Assembly (NCBI GenBank): GCA_944386605.1
Contig: CALXBS010000002.1
Span: 6,551 to 70,550, forward strand
Direction of reading: 5' to 3'
From: an uncultured Clostridia bacterium
GTDB lineage: Bacteria > Bacillota > Clostridia > TANB77 > CAG-465
DNA length: 64,000 bases
The notes under the pieces are model-generated. The model worked only from the letters and a program-made list of their open reading frames with translations. It was not told where the DNA came from and ran no database searches. A program made the position numbers and the translations under genes. This document shows, piece after piece, positions 30,580 to 40,488 of the stretch. How positions within the stretch are numbered: the first letter of the stretch is position 1; each line of letters opens with the position of its first letter.

Positions 30580-30963
30580 TTACCAATTATCAAATAAGTA
30601 ATTAAAGTCCGTTCTAAGATTAAAATTTGCTTTTAAAGCTTTCTTCACTTTTTCTAATGTTAACGGATCTAGCATTCCTATTTTATTTTTTAATCTTGAC
30701 TTATCTAACGTTCTTATTTGCTCTACTAATATAATGGAATTTTTGGAAAGTCCCGCTATACTAGCAGATATTGGTATATGTGTAGGTAAATTAATTTTTT
30801 TTATTGCAGATGTAATAGGGACTCCTATCACAGTTGGACTATATTTATTCCCTATATCATTTTGAATAATTAAAACTGGTCTGATTCCCTCCTGCTCACT
30901 TCCAATAACAGGATTTAAATCAGCATAAAAAATATCCCCTCTTTTTATATTGATATCATTCAC
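30580..30963 (-). CDS. mazF: MazF/PemK-family endoribonuclease toxin, close ortholog of Bacillus NdoA (EndoA)
   Basis: IKRGDIFYADLNPVIGSEQEGIRPVLIIQNDIGNKYSPTVIGVPITS...LPTHI matches NdoA nearly residue by residue. GTG start with a weak RBS. Confidence 0.85.
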   Translation of the reverse strand: MNDINIKRGDIFYADLNPVIGSEQEGIRPVLIIQNDIGNKYSPTVIGVPITSAIKKINLPTHIPISASIAGLSKNSIILVEQIRTLDKSRLKNKIGMLDPLTLEKVKKALKANFNLRTDFNYLFDNW

Positions 30964-31008
30964 CTACTTTCTATATTATACACTATTTATATGAAAAATC
31001 AAATATTT

Positions 31009-31683
31009 TTATTTTGTAAAATAAAAATTATTATAGATTATGTCGATATAAGCCTGGTTGTTCCTATCATATATTGTATACTGAATCATTTTATTTTCTT
31101 TGATACTAATCATAAGCTCCATTTTTCCTATTTCTTCCAAAAAAGCGTATTTTTCGCTATTTTGAGCTATTACAAGACCATATATAATCCTATCTTCTTT
31201 TTCATTAATTTCTAATTTTAAAGATTCTTCCCCTTGCAAACAAGCCTCATATAATTCTAAAAACGTGCTAATACTTAACAAATTTTCTTTTCTTACAATA
31301 TAGTCACTTAACGCATATTCTAAATTTTGTCCTTCTGATTTTATGGTTAAATTTTGATCCTGTATAATATATTTTACTTTAAAATCTTCTTGTATCTCAA
31401 ACTCAAAATAATTTTTTTCTTTTTGATAAATTTCATGAACTTGATAAGATGTCCTATTTTTATTACTTTGCTTAGTTACTTGATAATCTGCCTGATATTC
31501 CTTTAAATCTAAAATCGCTTTAATATCATACACTTGCTTTTCTTCTTTTTTTTCATTACCAGCACTGTACACTATTTTAAAAGCAATTAGTATTAAACTA
31601 ACTGCTAGTATACATGCTAAACACATTTCAATCCATAATCTTTTATTCTTATCTATTCCAATACAAAAACCTCTAATTTGCAT
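31009..31683 (-). CDS. hypothetical signal-anchored protein, possibly YdcC/LolA-like
   Basis: An N-terminal TM helix, then a beta-rich soluble domain. Its position upstream of ndoA mirrors the B. subtilis ydcC-alr-ndoAI-ndoA arrangement. Confidence 0.3.
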   Translation of the reverse strand: MQIRGFCIGIDKNKRLWIEMCLACILAVSLILIAFKIVYSAGNEKKEEKQVYDIKAILDLKEYQADYQVTKQSNKNRTSYQVHEIYQKEKNYFEFEIQEDFKVKYIIQDQNLTIKSEGQNLEYALSDYIVRKENLLSISTFLELYEACLQGEESLKLEINEKEDRIIYGLVIAQNSEKYAFLEEIGKMELMISIKENKMIQYTIYDRNNQAYIDIIYNNFYFTK

Positions 31684-31744
31684 ACAATCCCTACCTTAAT
31701 AGATCATATGCAAAAGGCAAGCAAAAAATCACAAGTGCAAGCAC

Positions 31745-33358
31745 TTATGATTTTACATTTTCAATTGCTTCTTTTACATCCTTTAATTTTTCTAAGATTT
31801 CAAGCATATCAGAAGTTTCTACATTATTTTTTAACTCTGCTTTTACAATATTTGTCATTCCATCCACATCCTGTTTTAAAGCAGAAAGAAGTTCTAAAAT
31901 AGTAAATCTAGCAGATTTCTCATTTGTTAACTCTTGCGTAATAAATGAACCATCCATATCAAATACTTCCTCATAATTTGGAATGATCACAGGAATATCT
32001 AATTCATCTTTAATTTTGTGACACAATACTTCTTGTGCTTCCGGTTCTCCATGAACCAAAAAAATATTTTTAGGTTTTTTCTCCATATGATTTAACCAAT
32101 TCATCAAGCCTGCTTGATCTGCGTGACCAGAAAAAGCATCTAAATATTTTACTTCTGCATTAACAGCAATTTCTTCGTCAAAAATCTTTACCAAAGAATC
32201 TCCACGCTGAATTTTCTCTCCCAACGTTCCTTCTGCCTGATAACCAACAAACAATATGGTACATTCCGGACGATACAAATTGTGCTTTAAATGATGTTTA
32301 ATTCTTCCCACTTCACACATACCACTAGCAGAAATAATTACTTTTGGTGTCATATCTTCATTTAAAGCTTTGGAATCTTCAGCAGACTCAACAAAATGCA
32401 AATTTTCAAAACCAATTGGATTATCCCCTTGTAATAAATATCTTAAAGTATCTTCATCATAATACTCTGGATTCTGTTCAAAAATTTTAGTTGCACTTAC
32501 TGCCAAGGGACTATCTACATAAACCGGAATTCTTGTAAATTCTTCTTTTAAAGCTTCACTTTCTGCATAATATTTATTGATTTCATACAAAATTTCCTGC
32601 GTTCTACCAACAGCAAAAGATGGAATAATAACATTTCCTCCTCGATGAATGGTATCTAATATTGTTTGAATAAAGATACTTGATTGATCCTTCATAGGAC
32701 TATGCAAACGATCACCATAAGTAGATTCCATAATTAAGTGATCTGCACTTTCAATAAATGTTGGATCTTGAATGATTGGCATACCAGTATTTCCAAGATC
32801 ACCTGTAAATACAATTTTTTCTTCTTTTCCATCTTCTGTAATCCACAATTCAATAATTGCAGATCCCAACATATGTCCTGCATCTATTAAACGAAAACGA
32901 ATATGTTCATCGATTACAATCTCTTCATTATAATCGACCCCTTGAAATAAATCCATACAGTCTATAGCATCCTGCACGGTATAAATTGGTTCATTTGGCT
33001 TTTTTCCAGCTCTTTTCCTCTTTCGATTAACCCATTCAATTTCTTTTTCTTGAATATGTCCACTATCGGCTAGCATAATGGTACAAAGATCTTTGGTGGC
33101 AATTGTAGAATAAACCACTCCTCTATAACCTGCTTTGTATAACTTAGGAATTCTACCACTATGATCGATGTGTGCATGTGTTAAAATCACAAAGTCTATA
33201 GATTGTACATCAAAAGGAAACTCTTCATAGTTTAACATTTGATCAGTTAATTTTCCTTGAAATAATCCGCAATCAATTAAAAATTTTTTTCCATTTGTTT
33301 CTATCATATGACAAGAACCTGTAACTGTTCTTGCAGCTCCATAAAATGTTATTTTCAT
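31745..33358 (-). CDS. MBL-fold beta-CASP family ribonuclease (COG1236-like)
   Basis: KITFYGAARTVTGSCHMIE...LIDCG...ILTHAHIDHSGRIP... and a C-terminal beta-CASP/RNA-metabolising region; 537 aa. Confidence 0.78.
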   Translation of the reverse strand: MKITFYGAARTVTGSCHMIETNGKKFLIDCGLFQGKLTDQMLNYEEFPFDVQSIDFVILTHAHIDHSGRIPKLYKAGYRGVVYSTIATKDLCTIMLADSGHIQEKEIEWVNRKRKRAGKKPNEPIYTVQDAIDCMDLFQGVDYNEEIVIDEHIRFRLIDAGHMLGSAIIELWITEDGKEEKIVFTGDLGNTGMPIIQDPTFIESADHLIMESTYGDRLHSPMKDQSSIFIQTILDTIHRGGNVIIPSFAVGRTQEILYEINKYYAESEALKEEFTRIPVYVDSPLAVSATKIFEQNPEYYDEDTLRYLLQGDNPIGFENLHFVESAEDSKALNEDMTPKVIISASGMCEVGRIKHHLKHNLYRPECTILFVGYQAEGTLGEKIQRGDSLVKIFDEEIAVNAEVKYLDAFSGHADQAGLMNWLNHMEKKPKNIFLVHGEPEAQEVLCHKIKDELDIPVIIPNYEEVFDMDGSFITQELTNEKSARFTILELLSALKQDVDGMTNIVKAELKNNVETSDMLEILEKLKDVKEAIENVKS

Positions 33359-33379
33359 ATACTCTCTCCTTTACCTATC

Positions 33380-35641
33380 TTAGCTTAGAAACGTTGGATT
33401 TCTAGTAACGCTAAGAAAAATATTTGACTTTTTATTTTTTTGGAATATAGCAATTTTTTCATATATTCTGTTATACACTTTTGTAGATAACTTTGTTTTC
33501 ATGATAATATTTACACGATACTTATTATTAATTTTTTGAATATATGGAGAACGTGGAGAAAAAACTCGATACAAATTCTCATTTTGTTCCATTAAAATAT
33601 AATAAAGTCTTGTTGCTTCTTGTTTTACAACATCGAATTGATTACCCACAAGTTCAAATAATACAATGTCTAAAAATGGAGGATAACCAAAATTCTTTCT
33701 GTATTCTAATTCTGCTTCAAAAAAAGCTTTGTAATTATTATCTGCAATTGTTTGCAAAATATAATTTTGTGGATCACTTGTTTGAATTATGACTCGTCCT
33801 GGTAAAGTGGATCTTCCAGCACGACCAGCCACTTGATAAATATTAGAAAAAGCTTTTTCAGAGGCTGAATAATCATTCATTGCAAGCAAAGAATCTACTC
33901 CTAATATTCCTACCAAAGTAACATTTGCGATATCATGACCTTTACTAATCATTTGTGTACCAACCAAGACATTAATATTTTCTGTTTTAAACTGATCTAA
34001 TATTTTCTGATGAGAATCTCTTGAAATTGTAGTATCTGCATCCATTCTTAGAATACTCATTTGTGGGTAAATCTCTTTTAACTCCTCTTCTACTTTTTGC
34101 GTTCCAATAGTTGCACTTGAAATATTACTACTTCCACATTGTGGGCATGCTTGTACATTTTTTTCTACATGAGAACAATAATGACAAAGAAGCAAATTGT
34201 TGCTTTTATGATAAGTCATCGAAACATCACAATTAGGGCATTTAAAAATATAACCACAGTCCTTACAACTAAGATATGCACTATAGCCTCTTCTATTTAA
34301 AAATAGCATTGTTTGCTCTTTTCTTTCAATATTTTTCTTAATTTCTTCCTTTAAAGCCATACTAAAAATAGACGTATTTCCAGTTGCTCTTTCTTGCCTC
34401 ATATCAATTAGTTCAATTTGTGGAAGAGTAGCTACTCCTGGTCTTGTTGTTAATTCAAATAAATCGATCGCACCACTTTGCGCTTTATAATAAGTGGTAA
34501 TTTCTGGAGTAGCAGATCCTAATACCAAAATAGCGTCATTTATTTTACAAATATACGAAGCAATATCTTTTGTAGAATATTTTGGAGTTGTTTGAGAATA
34601 ATAGCTTGAATCGTGTTCCTCATCAATGATGACAAGACCTAAATTAGTAATAGGAGCAAAAATTGCAGAACGCGCCCCAATAACAATATCTACTTTTCCC
34701 TCTCGAATACGCTTATATTCATCTTTTCTTTGAGCAATTGTCATCTTACTATGTAATATTGCAATATGATTTCCAAACCTTGCTACAAATCGAGTCACTG
34801 TTTGATAAGTTAATGCAATTTCAGGAACCAAAACAATCGCTTTTTTTCCTTGTATCAGTACCTTTTCTATTAATTGTAAATAAACTTCTGTCTTTCCACT
34901 TCCTGTAACACCATAAATCAAACACTGTCTATACTTTTCATCAAATAAATAACTTCCAATGGTATCAATTACTTTTTTCTGTTCTGGAGTAGGGACTTGA
35001 GCCTGTGTTCTTTCTACCTCATCTATTTTTAATAAATCATTTTGCTTATCCACTTTTTCAAGCAAGATATACCCATTTTTCTCTACTGTATGAATGACAG
35101 ACCTAGAGATCCCTAATCCCTCTATCACATCGGAAACAAGTACATAATCATTATATAATAAAAAGGTAAGAAGTTGAATGTGTTTTGCACTCTTAATCAC
35201 TTCATTTTCAATGTCTTGCATAATTTCATCTGCACTTTTTATTAATTTAATGACGGTATCTTGTTTGGTTTGCAAACTTTTACTGCTATTTTTAGAGGCG
35301 GTTCCTGGTGGAAACATTAATTTTAAACAATCATAAACATTACAAAAATAAACATATGACATATATTTTGCAAGTTTTAAACGCTCTTCATCAATATAGG
35401 ATACTTCATCTAAAATAGCACTAATTTCCTTTAAACGGTACTGCCTATTTGCAACCTCTTCTTCTGTTTCTTCTATTATTTTTACAATAACGCCTTCTTC
35501 TTTATTTTTTCCTCTACCAAAACTTACTTCCACTCTTTTTCCAATTTCCGCTAGTTCCTCTAACGCTTCCGGAATTTTATAATCATAAACTTTATTTAAT
35601 GTTTTGACAGAGGTATTAATTAATATTTTTGCAATTTTCAT
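33380..35641 (-). CDS. priA: primosomal protein N' (replication restart helicase)
   Basis: Walker A GVTGSGKTEVY, DEEHDSSY box, Cys4 zinc-binding insert (CPNCD...CHYCS...CPQCGS); 753 aa. Confidence 0.92.
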   Translation of the reverse strand: MKIAKILINTSVKTLNKVYDYKIPEALEELAEIGKRVEVSFGRGKNKEEGVIVKIIEETEEEVANRQYRLKEISAILDEVSYIDEERLKLAKYMSYVYFCNVYDCLKLMFPPGTASKNSSKSLQTKQDTVIKLIKSADEIMQDIENEVIKSAKHIQLLTFLLYNDYVLVSDVIEGLGISRSVIHTVEKNGYILLEKVDKQNDLLKIDEVERTQAQVPTPEQKKVIDTIGSYLFDEKYRQCLIYGVTGSGKTEVYLQLIEKVLIQGKKAIVLVPEIALTYQTVTRFVARFGNHIAILHSKMTIAQRKDEYKRIREGKVDIVIGARSAIFAPITNLGLVIIDEEHDSSYYSQTTPKYSTKDIASYICKINDAILVLGSATPEITTYYKAQSGAIDLFELTTRPGVATLPQIELIDMRQERATGNTSIFSMALKEEIKKNIERKEQTMLFLNRRGYSAYLSCKDCGYIFKCPNCDVSMTYHKSNNLLLCHYCSHVEKNVQACPQCGSSNISSATIGTQKVEEELKEIYPQMSILRMDADTTISRDSHQKILDQFKTENINVLVGTQMISKGHDIANVTLVGILGVDSLLAMNDYSASEKAFSNIYQVAGRAGRSTLPGRVIIQTSDPQNYILQTIADNNYKAFFEAELEYRKNFGYPPFLDIVLFELVGNQFDVVKQEATRLYYILMEQNENLYRVFSPRSPYIQKINNKYRVNIIMKTKLSTKVYNRIYEKIAIFQKNKKSNIFLSVTRNPTFLS

Positions 35642-35664
35642 AAATTAAACCTCAATTCTTTACT

Positions 35665-35693
35665 ATTATATACAATAATTTTTTGACTGTCAA
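35665..35693 (-). promoter_or_regulatory. consensus sigma-A promoter for priA (-35 TTGACA, 17 bp, -10 TATAAT); the -35 lies inside an 11-bp palindrome TTGACAGTCAA
   Basis: Minus-strand read: ttgaca-gtcaaaaaattattgta-tataat. Confidence 0.5.
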
Positions 35694-35725
35694 CTAGAAA
35701 ATCGCACTTTCAGAACATATGTTTT

Positions 35726-35752
35726 GACAAAAAAATTCAGCTTAACGCTGAA
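35726..35752 (-). terminator. rho-independent terminator of glmM
   Basis: Minus strand: attcagc-gttaa-gctgaat-ttttttt. Confidence 0.65.
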
Positions 35753-37117
35753 TTATTGTAATCTTTCTTCAATCAAATTTGCAATTTCCTTTGCTTTTGT
35801 TTGAATATATTCTTTATCTTTTCCCTCAATCATTACTCTAACAAGAGGTTCTGTGCCAGAAGCTCTAATTAAAACTCTACCCTTTCCAGCAAATTCTTTT
35901 TCGACATCTTCAATTGCTTTTTTAATCATTTCATCTTGTTCAAATTCATATTTTTTCTCATTAGAAACTTTTGCATTTAGCAATACTTGTGGGAAGATTT
36001 CTACTATACTTCCTAATTCAGAAGCCTTTTTCTTTTCTTCAAAGATAATTTTTAAAAGCATTAAAGAAGTAAGTATTCCGTCTCCTGTTGGGTTATAATC
36101 TAAGAAAATAATATGTCCAGATTGTTCACCACCAAGATTGTAACCGTTTTTTAGCATTTCTTCTAATACATAACGATCCCCTACACTTGTCTCTTTAAAA
36201 GTAATATCATTTTCTTTAGCAAATATTTTAAGCCCTAAATTACTCATAACGGTTGCAACTAATGTATCTTTATGCAGTTCATTTCTTTGCTTAAAATACC
36301 TAGAAGCAATTGCAAGCATTTTATCTCCATCGATGATATTTCCATTTTCATCTACTGCTAAAAAGCGGTCTCCATCACCATCATAAGCAATTCCTAAATC
36401 ATATCCATTTTCTACTACATACTTTTGTAATCCTTCTAAATGAGTAGAACCACAATTTTCATTAATGTTGATTCCATTTGGAGTGTTGTTGATCACTTTA
36501 TGTGCAATGCCAAGCTCTGTGAAAATTTCATCTGCAATTTTATACGTAGCACCATTAGCAGTATCAATTACCACTCTAAAGTTTTCTAATTTATTTTTAG
36601 AAAAACTTTCACGAAAAATTCCTGTAATAAAATTCTTATATTCTTGAACCAAATCTAAGCTAATTTCAGATATTCCAATATTTTCATTTGTTGCTGTTAA
36701 TTCCCTTAATCGATCTGAATCCATGATTTCTTCTATCTCTTCTTCAAGAGAATCTGGTATCTTCATTCCCTGATTACTAAAATATTTTACTCCATTAAAT
36801 TCAAATGTATTATGAGAGGCAGAAATAACCACACTTGCATCTGCATTTAATTTTTTAGTCAAATAAGCTACAGCAGGTGTTGGAAGAACCCCTAACACTT
36901 TTACATTTGCTCCATAACTTAAAAATCCAGCAACCATTGCACTTTCAATTAAAGTTCCTGAAATTCTTGTATCTCTACCGATTAAAATGGTTGGACTATG
37001 ACTTGCATGTTTTGATAAAACATATGCTCCAGCTTTTGCTACTTTATACACTAGCTCTGGAGATAATTCTGTATTTGCAATTCTTCTAATTCCATCTGTT
37101 CCAAAATATCTTCTCAT
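35753..37117 (-). CDS. glmM: phosphoglucosamine mutase
   Basis: GTDGIRR...SASHNTFEFNGVK...; 454 aa. Confidence 0.9.
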   Translation of the reverse strand: MRRYFGTDGIRRIANTELSPELVYKVAKAGAYVLSKHASHSPTILIGRDTRISGTLIESAMVAGFLSYGANVKVLGVLPTPAVAYLTKKLNADASVVISASHNTFEFNGVKYFSNQGMKIPDSLEEEIEEIMDSDRLRELTATNENIGISEISLDLVQEYKNFITGIFRESFSKNKLENFRVVIDTANGATYKIADEIFTELGIAHKVINNTPNGININENCGSTHLEGLQKYVVENGYDLGIAYDGDGDRFLAVDENGNIIDGDKMLAIASRYFKQRNELHKDTLVATVMSNLGLKIFAKENDITFKETSVGDRYVLEEMLKNGYNLGGEQSGHIIFLDYNPTGDGILTSLMLLKIIFEEKKKASELGSIVEIFPQVLLNAKVSNEKKYEFEQDEMIKKAIEDVEKEFAGKGRVLIRASGTEPLVRVMIEGKDKEYIQTKAKEIANLIEERLQ

Positions 37118-37141
37118 ATAAACTCCTCCTATATATTAATT

Positions 37142-37702
37142 TTATTTTTCTAACCACCTAAAATATGCTTCTTTTACTTGCTCTTTTACTTCTTCAGGGG
37201 TTAAATGAGTTGTATCTAGTACAAAATCATAATTAGACATATCTTCTCTTTGAATTCCATATTCTTCTTTCCATCTTTTATTTTCTTCTTGATAACGATA
37301 AAGAATTAATTTTTTTGCTTCTTCTATATCTTTAAAAGGTTCTGTACTTTTTCGATTTGGATCTAAAAAAGCTCTTTTTACCGCCACATCGATATCTACT
37401 TTTAAATAAACTTTAAATGAATCTGGAACTGCGTACCATCCAAGCTTAGCGTCAATGATTAAAAAATCATGCTTATTTGCATAATCACTTGCACTCTTTT
37501 CAATCTCTCTATCTAAATCTGGATGCTCATTTAAATAGACCTGAAATTCTGTAATGGACATTCCCATTTTTTTTGCTAATTCTCTTACATATTGCCCATT
37601 TCGATAGACCTCATAGCCTAACTCTTCTTGTAAAAATCTCGTTAAGGTTCCTTGTCCACTTGCATGATCACCTGTGATCGTAATAATATGTTTTTTCCCC
37701 AT
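37142..37702 (-). CDS. cytidylate kinase-like family protein with degenerate P-loop
   Basis: 186 aa Cmk-like fold. The P-loop reads GDHASGQGT, lacking the Walker A lysine. Start abuts the rpoZ stop. Confidence 0.6.
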   Translation of the reverse strand: MGKKHIITITGDHASGQGTLTRFLQEELGYEVYRNGQYVRELAKKMGMSITEFQVYLNEHPDLDREIEKSASDYANKHDFLIIDAKLGWYAVPDSFKVYLKVDIDVAVKRAFLDPNRKSTEPFKDIEEAKKLILYRYQEENKRWKEEYGIQREDMSNYDFVLDTTHLTPEEVKEQVKEAYFRWLEK

Positions 37703-37954
37703 TTATTCTTCCTCTTTTTCTTCTTCTACAGATTCTTTCTCTTCTTCACAAACATATTCTCCATGAATCTTTACACGAACGGTTCCATTAGCAATCTCTG
37801 TACCTGCAATATCTACTGCATCTTTAATACAAGGATCTCCCTCTATTACTCTTTTATTTTCAATATTTCTTGCTCTTTTTGCTAGAGCTAAAGCTGCTTC
37901 ATATCTATTTCCCACTTTTGGTAATATTTGTTTTACATTAGGATCTGATAACAT
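37703..37954 (-). CDS. rpoZ: DNA-directed RNA polymerase subunit omega with acidic C-terminal tail
   Basis: NRYEAALALAKRARNI resembles the RpoZ core helix; 83 aa. Confidence 0.65.
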   Translation of the reverse strand: MLSDPNVKQILPKVGNRYEAALALAKRARNIENKRVIEGDPCIKDAVDIAGTEIANGTVRVKIHGEYVCEEEKESVEEEKEEE

Positions 37955-38037
37955 TTTTATTCCTCCTTCAAATTTACATACTATATATTATATACTATTT
38001 TCCTTGATTTGTAAATATGTTACATAAGGCTTTAAAG

Positions 38038-38919
38038 CTACTCTTTCTTAAATTCAACAATGGTTGTAATACCACAAGGTAAAAAAAGATCACTATTTTT
38101 TTGTTTTAATCCAATCTCATCAAAAGTAATATTTTGTACCTTTTTGTGTGACAATACTTGTCCTAACACATTTGCAATAATGGTTCCTGATAATCCACCT
38201 GTATAAGTATTAACAAGCATAAATAATGGTTTATCACTTAATATCTGTGAGCATAATTCTATTAAATGATAAAAATCTTTCTCAATGCTCCAAACCTCTC
38301 CATTTTTTCCTCTACCATAAGAAGGTGGATCCATAATAATAACATCATATTGGTTTTTTCTCCTAATTTCTCTTTGGACAAATTTTAATACATCATCTAC
38401 TAAAAATCGTACTTTTTTATCTTTTAAACCACTAACTGCTAAGTTTTCCTTAGCCCAACTTGTCATTCCCTGTGAAGAATCTACATGGCAAACACTTGCA
38501 CCTGCAGAAGCACAAGCAACACTTGCGCCACCTGTATAGGCAAAAAGATTTAATACTTTTACTTCTTTTCCTTTTTTAGTTTCATTTGAAATTTTCTCTA
38601 TCATATAATCCCAGTTAACTGCTTGTTCTGGAAATAGTCCTGTATGTTTAAATCCCATTGGTTTAATTTGAAATGTTAAATTTTGATAAGAAATTTTCCA
38701 ACTTTCTTCCATTTTTTGTAATATTTCCCAATGACCTCCTCCGGTGCTACTTCGGATGTATCTTGCATGAGCTTTTTTCCAAAGTTCTGGATTTTGCTTC
38801 TTTTTCCAAATAATTTGTGGATCTGGGCGTATTAAAATATACTTACCCCATCTTTCTAATTTCTCTCCATCTGCCATATCTAATAACTCATATTCTTTCA
38901 TTTTTTTACTATAACGCAT
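38038..38919 (-). CDS. class I SAM-dependent methyltransferase (RlmI/COG1092-like rRNA methyltransferase)
   Basis: Rossmann-fold motifs VLNLFAYTGGASVA......DVIIMDPPSYGRGKNGEVW. Confidence 0.75.
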   Translation of the reverse strand: MRYSKKMKEYELLDMADGEKLERWGKYILIRPDPQIIWKKKQNPELWKKAHARYIRSSTGGGHWEILQKMEESWKISYQNLTFQIKPMGFKHTGLFPEQAVNWDYMIEKISNETKKGKEVKVLNLFAYTGGASVACASAGASVCHVDSSQGMTSWAKENLAVSGLKDKKVRFLVDDVLKFVQREIRRKNQYDVIIMDPPSYGRGKNGEVWSIEKDFYHLIELCSQILSDKPLFMLVNTYTGGLSGTIIANVLGQVLSHKKVQNITFDEIGLKQKNSDLFLPCGITTIVEFKKE

Positions 38920-38950
38920 ATTCTTTCTCCTTTATCATACAATCTAATAG

Positions 38951-40105
38951 GTGTTTTTTATGAAATATTTCCATACATATAAATTAAATCAAATGATTAA
39001 AATATTCCTTTTTATATTGACATTAAGCATACTACTTTTTCTTTCAAAAGAAAATTTTGAATCCGTAAAAAATAGTACCACCTTATTTTTAAGTAGTGTG
39101 TTTCCATCCCTATTTCCTTTTATTTTATTTACCACTATTATACTAAATACCAATCTATACTCCTTACTAGAAAAACTATTTGGAAAAATACTTTCTAAAA
39201 TATTTCACGTTCCTCCAGCTTCTAGTATAGCCATTTTAACAGGATTTCTATGTGGATTCCCTATGGGAGCAAAAAGTGTAGAAACTTTGTATGAAACTCA
39301 AAAAATTTCTAAGCAAACTGCCATAAAACTTCTCTTTTTTGTAAATAACTGTAATCCTTCATTTATCCTGTCTACAATTGGAATTGGTATTTTTTACGAT
39401 AGCAAAATTGGCTGGATACTTTTTTTATCCCATTATCTTTCAGCAATCCTCATAGGAATAGTTTCCAGTCGAATTTGTTCTACTAATATTATACACAAAA
39501 CTTCCGATTTTTCAAATATTCCTAGTAAAAAAGAAAGTATCATCTCTACTACTAGTGCTTTTGATATTTTAAAAAAGTCTCTAAATCAAACTTTTTTAAC
39601 TTTATTAAATATATTTGGATTTATGACATTATTTAATTTACTATTTTCTGTTTCTAGTATCTTTTTAAATTATATGACTTCCAATACGACTTTACTTGCT
39701 TTCCTTTCTTGTATCTTGGAAGTAACAAAAGGATGTAAAGATATTAGTTTACTTCCAATATCTTCACTAGAACAAATTACCTTTGCTTCTTTTGCATTAG
39801 GATTTAGTGGCTTTTGTATTATTTTTCAGATTTACTCCGTTTTACCAAAACTACAGCTAAAACTAAAAAATATTGTTATTCCTAAACTAATACAAGGTAT
39901 ACTTTCTGCCATCATCACATATATTTTACTAAGATTTACTAATATATATTCTTCCCCTTTAGCAAGTGTTTTTAGAAATCATGATTCCTATTATGTAGAA
40001 TATATTCATCAGCTTAGTAACTCCTACATCCTTTCTACCATTATTTTAATACTTGGTATTACCCTTTTCTATATCTTTGAAACGGTTCGAGAACAAAAAA
40101 AGTAG
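38951..40105 (+). CDS. nucleoside-recognition-domain membrane protein (sporulation integral membrane protein YlbJ family)
   Basis: 384 aa polytopic; FLCGFPMGAK...NNCNPSFILSTIGIG is typical of YlbJ/Gate-domain proteins. Confidence 0.65.
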   Translation: MFFMKYFHTYKLNQMIKIFLFILTLSILLFLSKENFESVKNSTTLFLSSVFPSLFPFILFTTIILNTNLYSLLEKLFGKILSKIFHVPPASSIAILTGFLCGFPMGAKSVETLYETQKISKQTAIKLLFFVNNCNPSFILSTIGIGIFYDSKIGWILFLSHYLSAILIGIVSSRICSTNIIHKTSDFSNIPSKKESIISTTSAFDILKKSLNQTFLTLLNIFGFMTLFNLLFSVSSIFLNYMTSNTTLLAFLSCILEVTKGCKDISLLPISSLEQITFASFALGFSGFCIIFQIYSVLPKLQLKLKNIVIPKLIQGILSAIITYILLRFTNIYSSPLASVFRNHDSYYVEYIHQLSNSYILSTIILILGITLFYIFETVREQKK

Positions 40106-40210
40106 CAAGTTTCATTGCTACTTAATTAAAGAAGGGGGGTAAACATTCAAATTGTTTACAGTTATATTATTAGTAAAAAATGATAAAATATACCAAAGGA
40201 GGTAATATTT

Positions 40211-40447
40211 TTGGATAAAAATCAAAATTTTTATGATCCATATAATTTTAATGTACAGCAACCTAATATTCCACCCTCTATGCCTATGATGAATAATACA
40301 AACGACATTCCACAAGACATTGCAGGTCTTCCTAATCCAGCTATGTATTATGATCAGCAATATATGTATTATCGCTATTTAACACAAGTCGTTGAATACA
40401 AAATTAAGGTAAAAGAATTAGAAAGGTTAGCAAATACCAATTCATAG
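40211..40447 (+). CDS. small Q/N/P/Y-rich protein (78 aa), possibly coat-like; TTG start
   Basis: AAGGAGG RBS sits 8 nt before the TTG. A TGaTAAAAT extended -10 lies upstream. Confidence 0.4.
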   Translation: MDKNQNFYDPYNFNVQQPNIPPSMPMMNNTNDIPQDIAGLPNPAMYYDQQYMYYRYLTQVVEYKIKVKELERLANTNS

Positions 40448-40488
40448 CAAAAGCACATAGAGAAACATTTCCTCTCTATGTGCTAAAT

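Noticed and set aside
30964-31008. Hidden MazE antitoxin gene in the gap upstream of mazF
   Set aside because: The 45-nt gap cannot hold one, and no ORF of 60 aa or more with RHH-like sequence overlaps either neighbour. This is recorded as a finding rather than a feature.
40118-40360. 80-aa minus-strand ORF
   Set aside because: It overlaps the ylbJ 3' end and terminator, and the small Q/N-rich gene with a real RBS, on the opposite strand. There is no RBS, so it is spurious.
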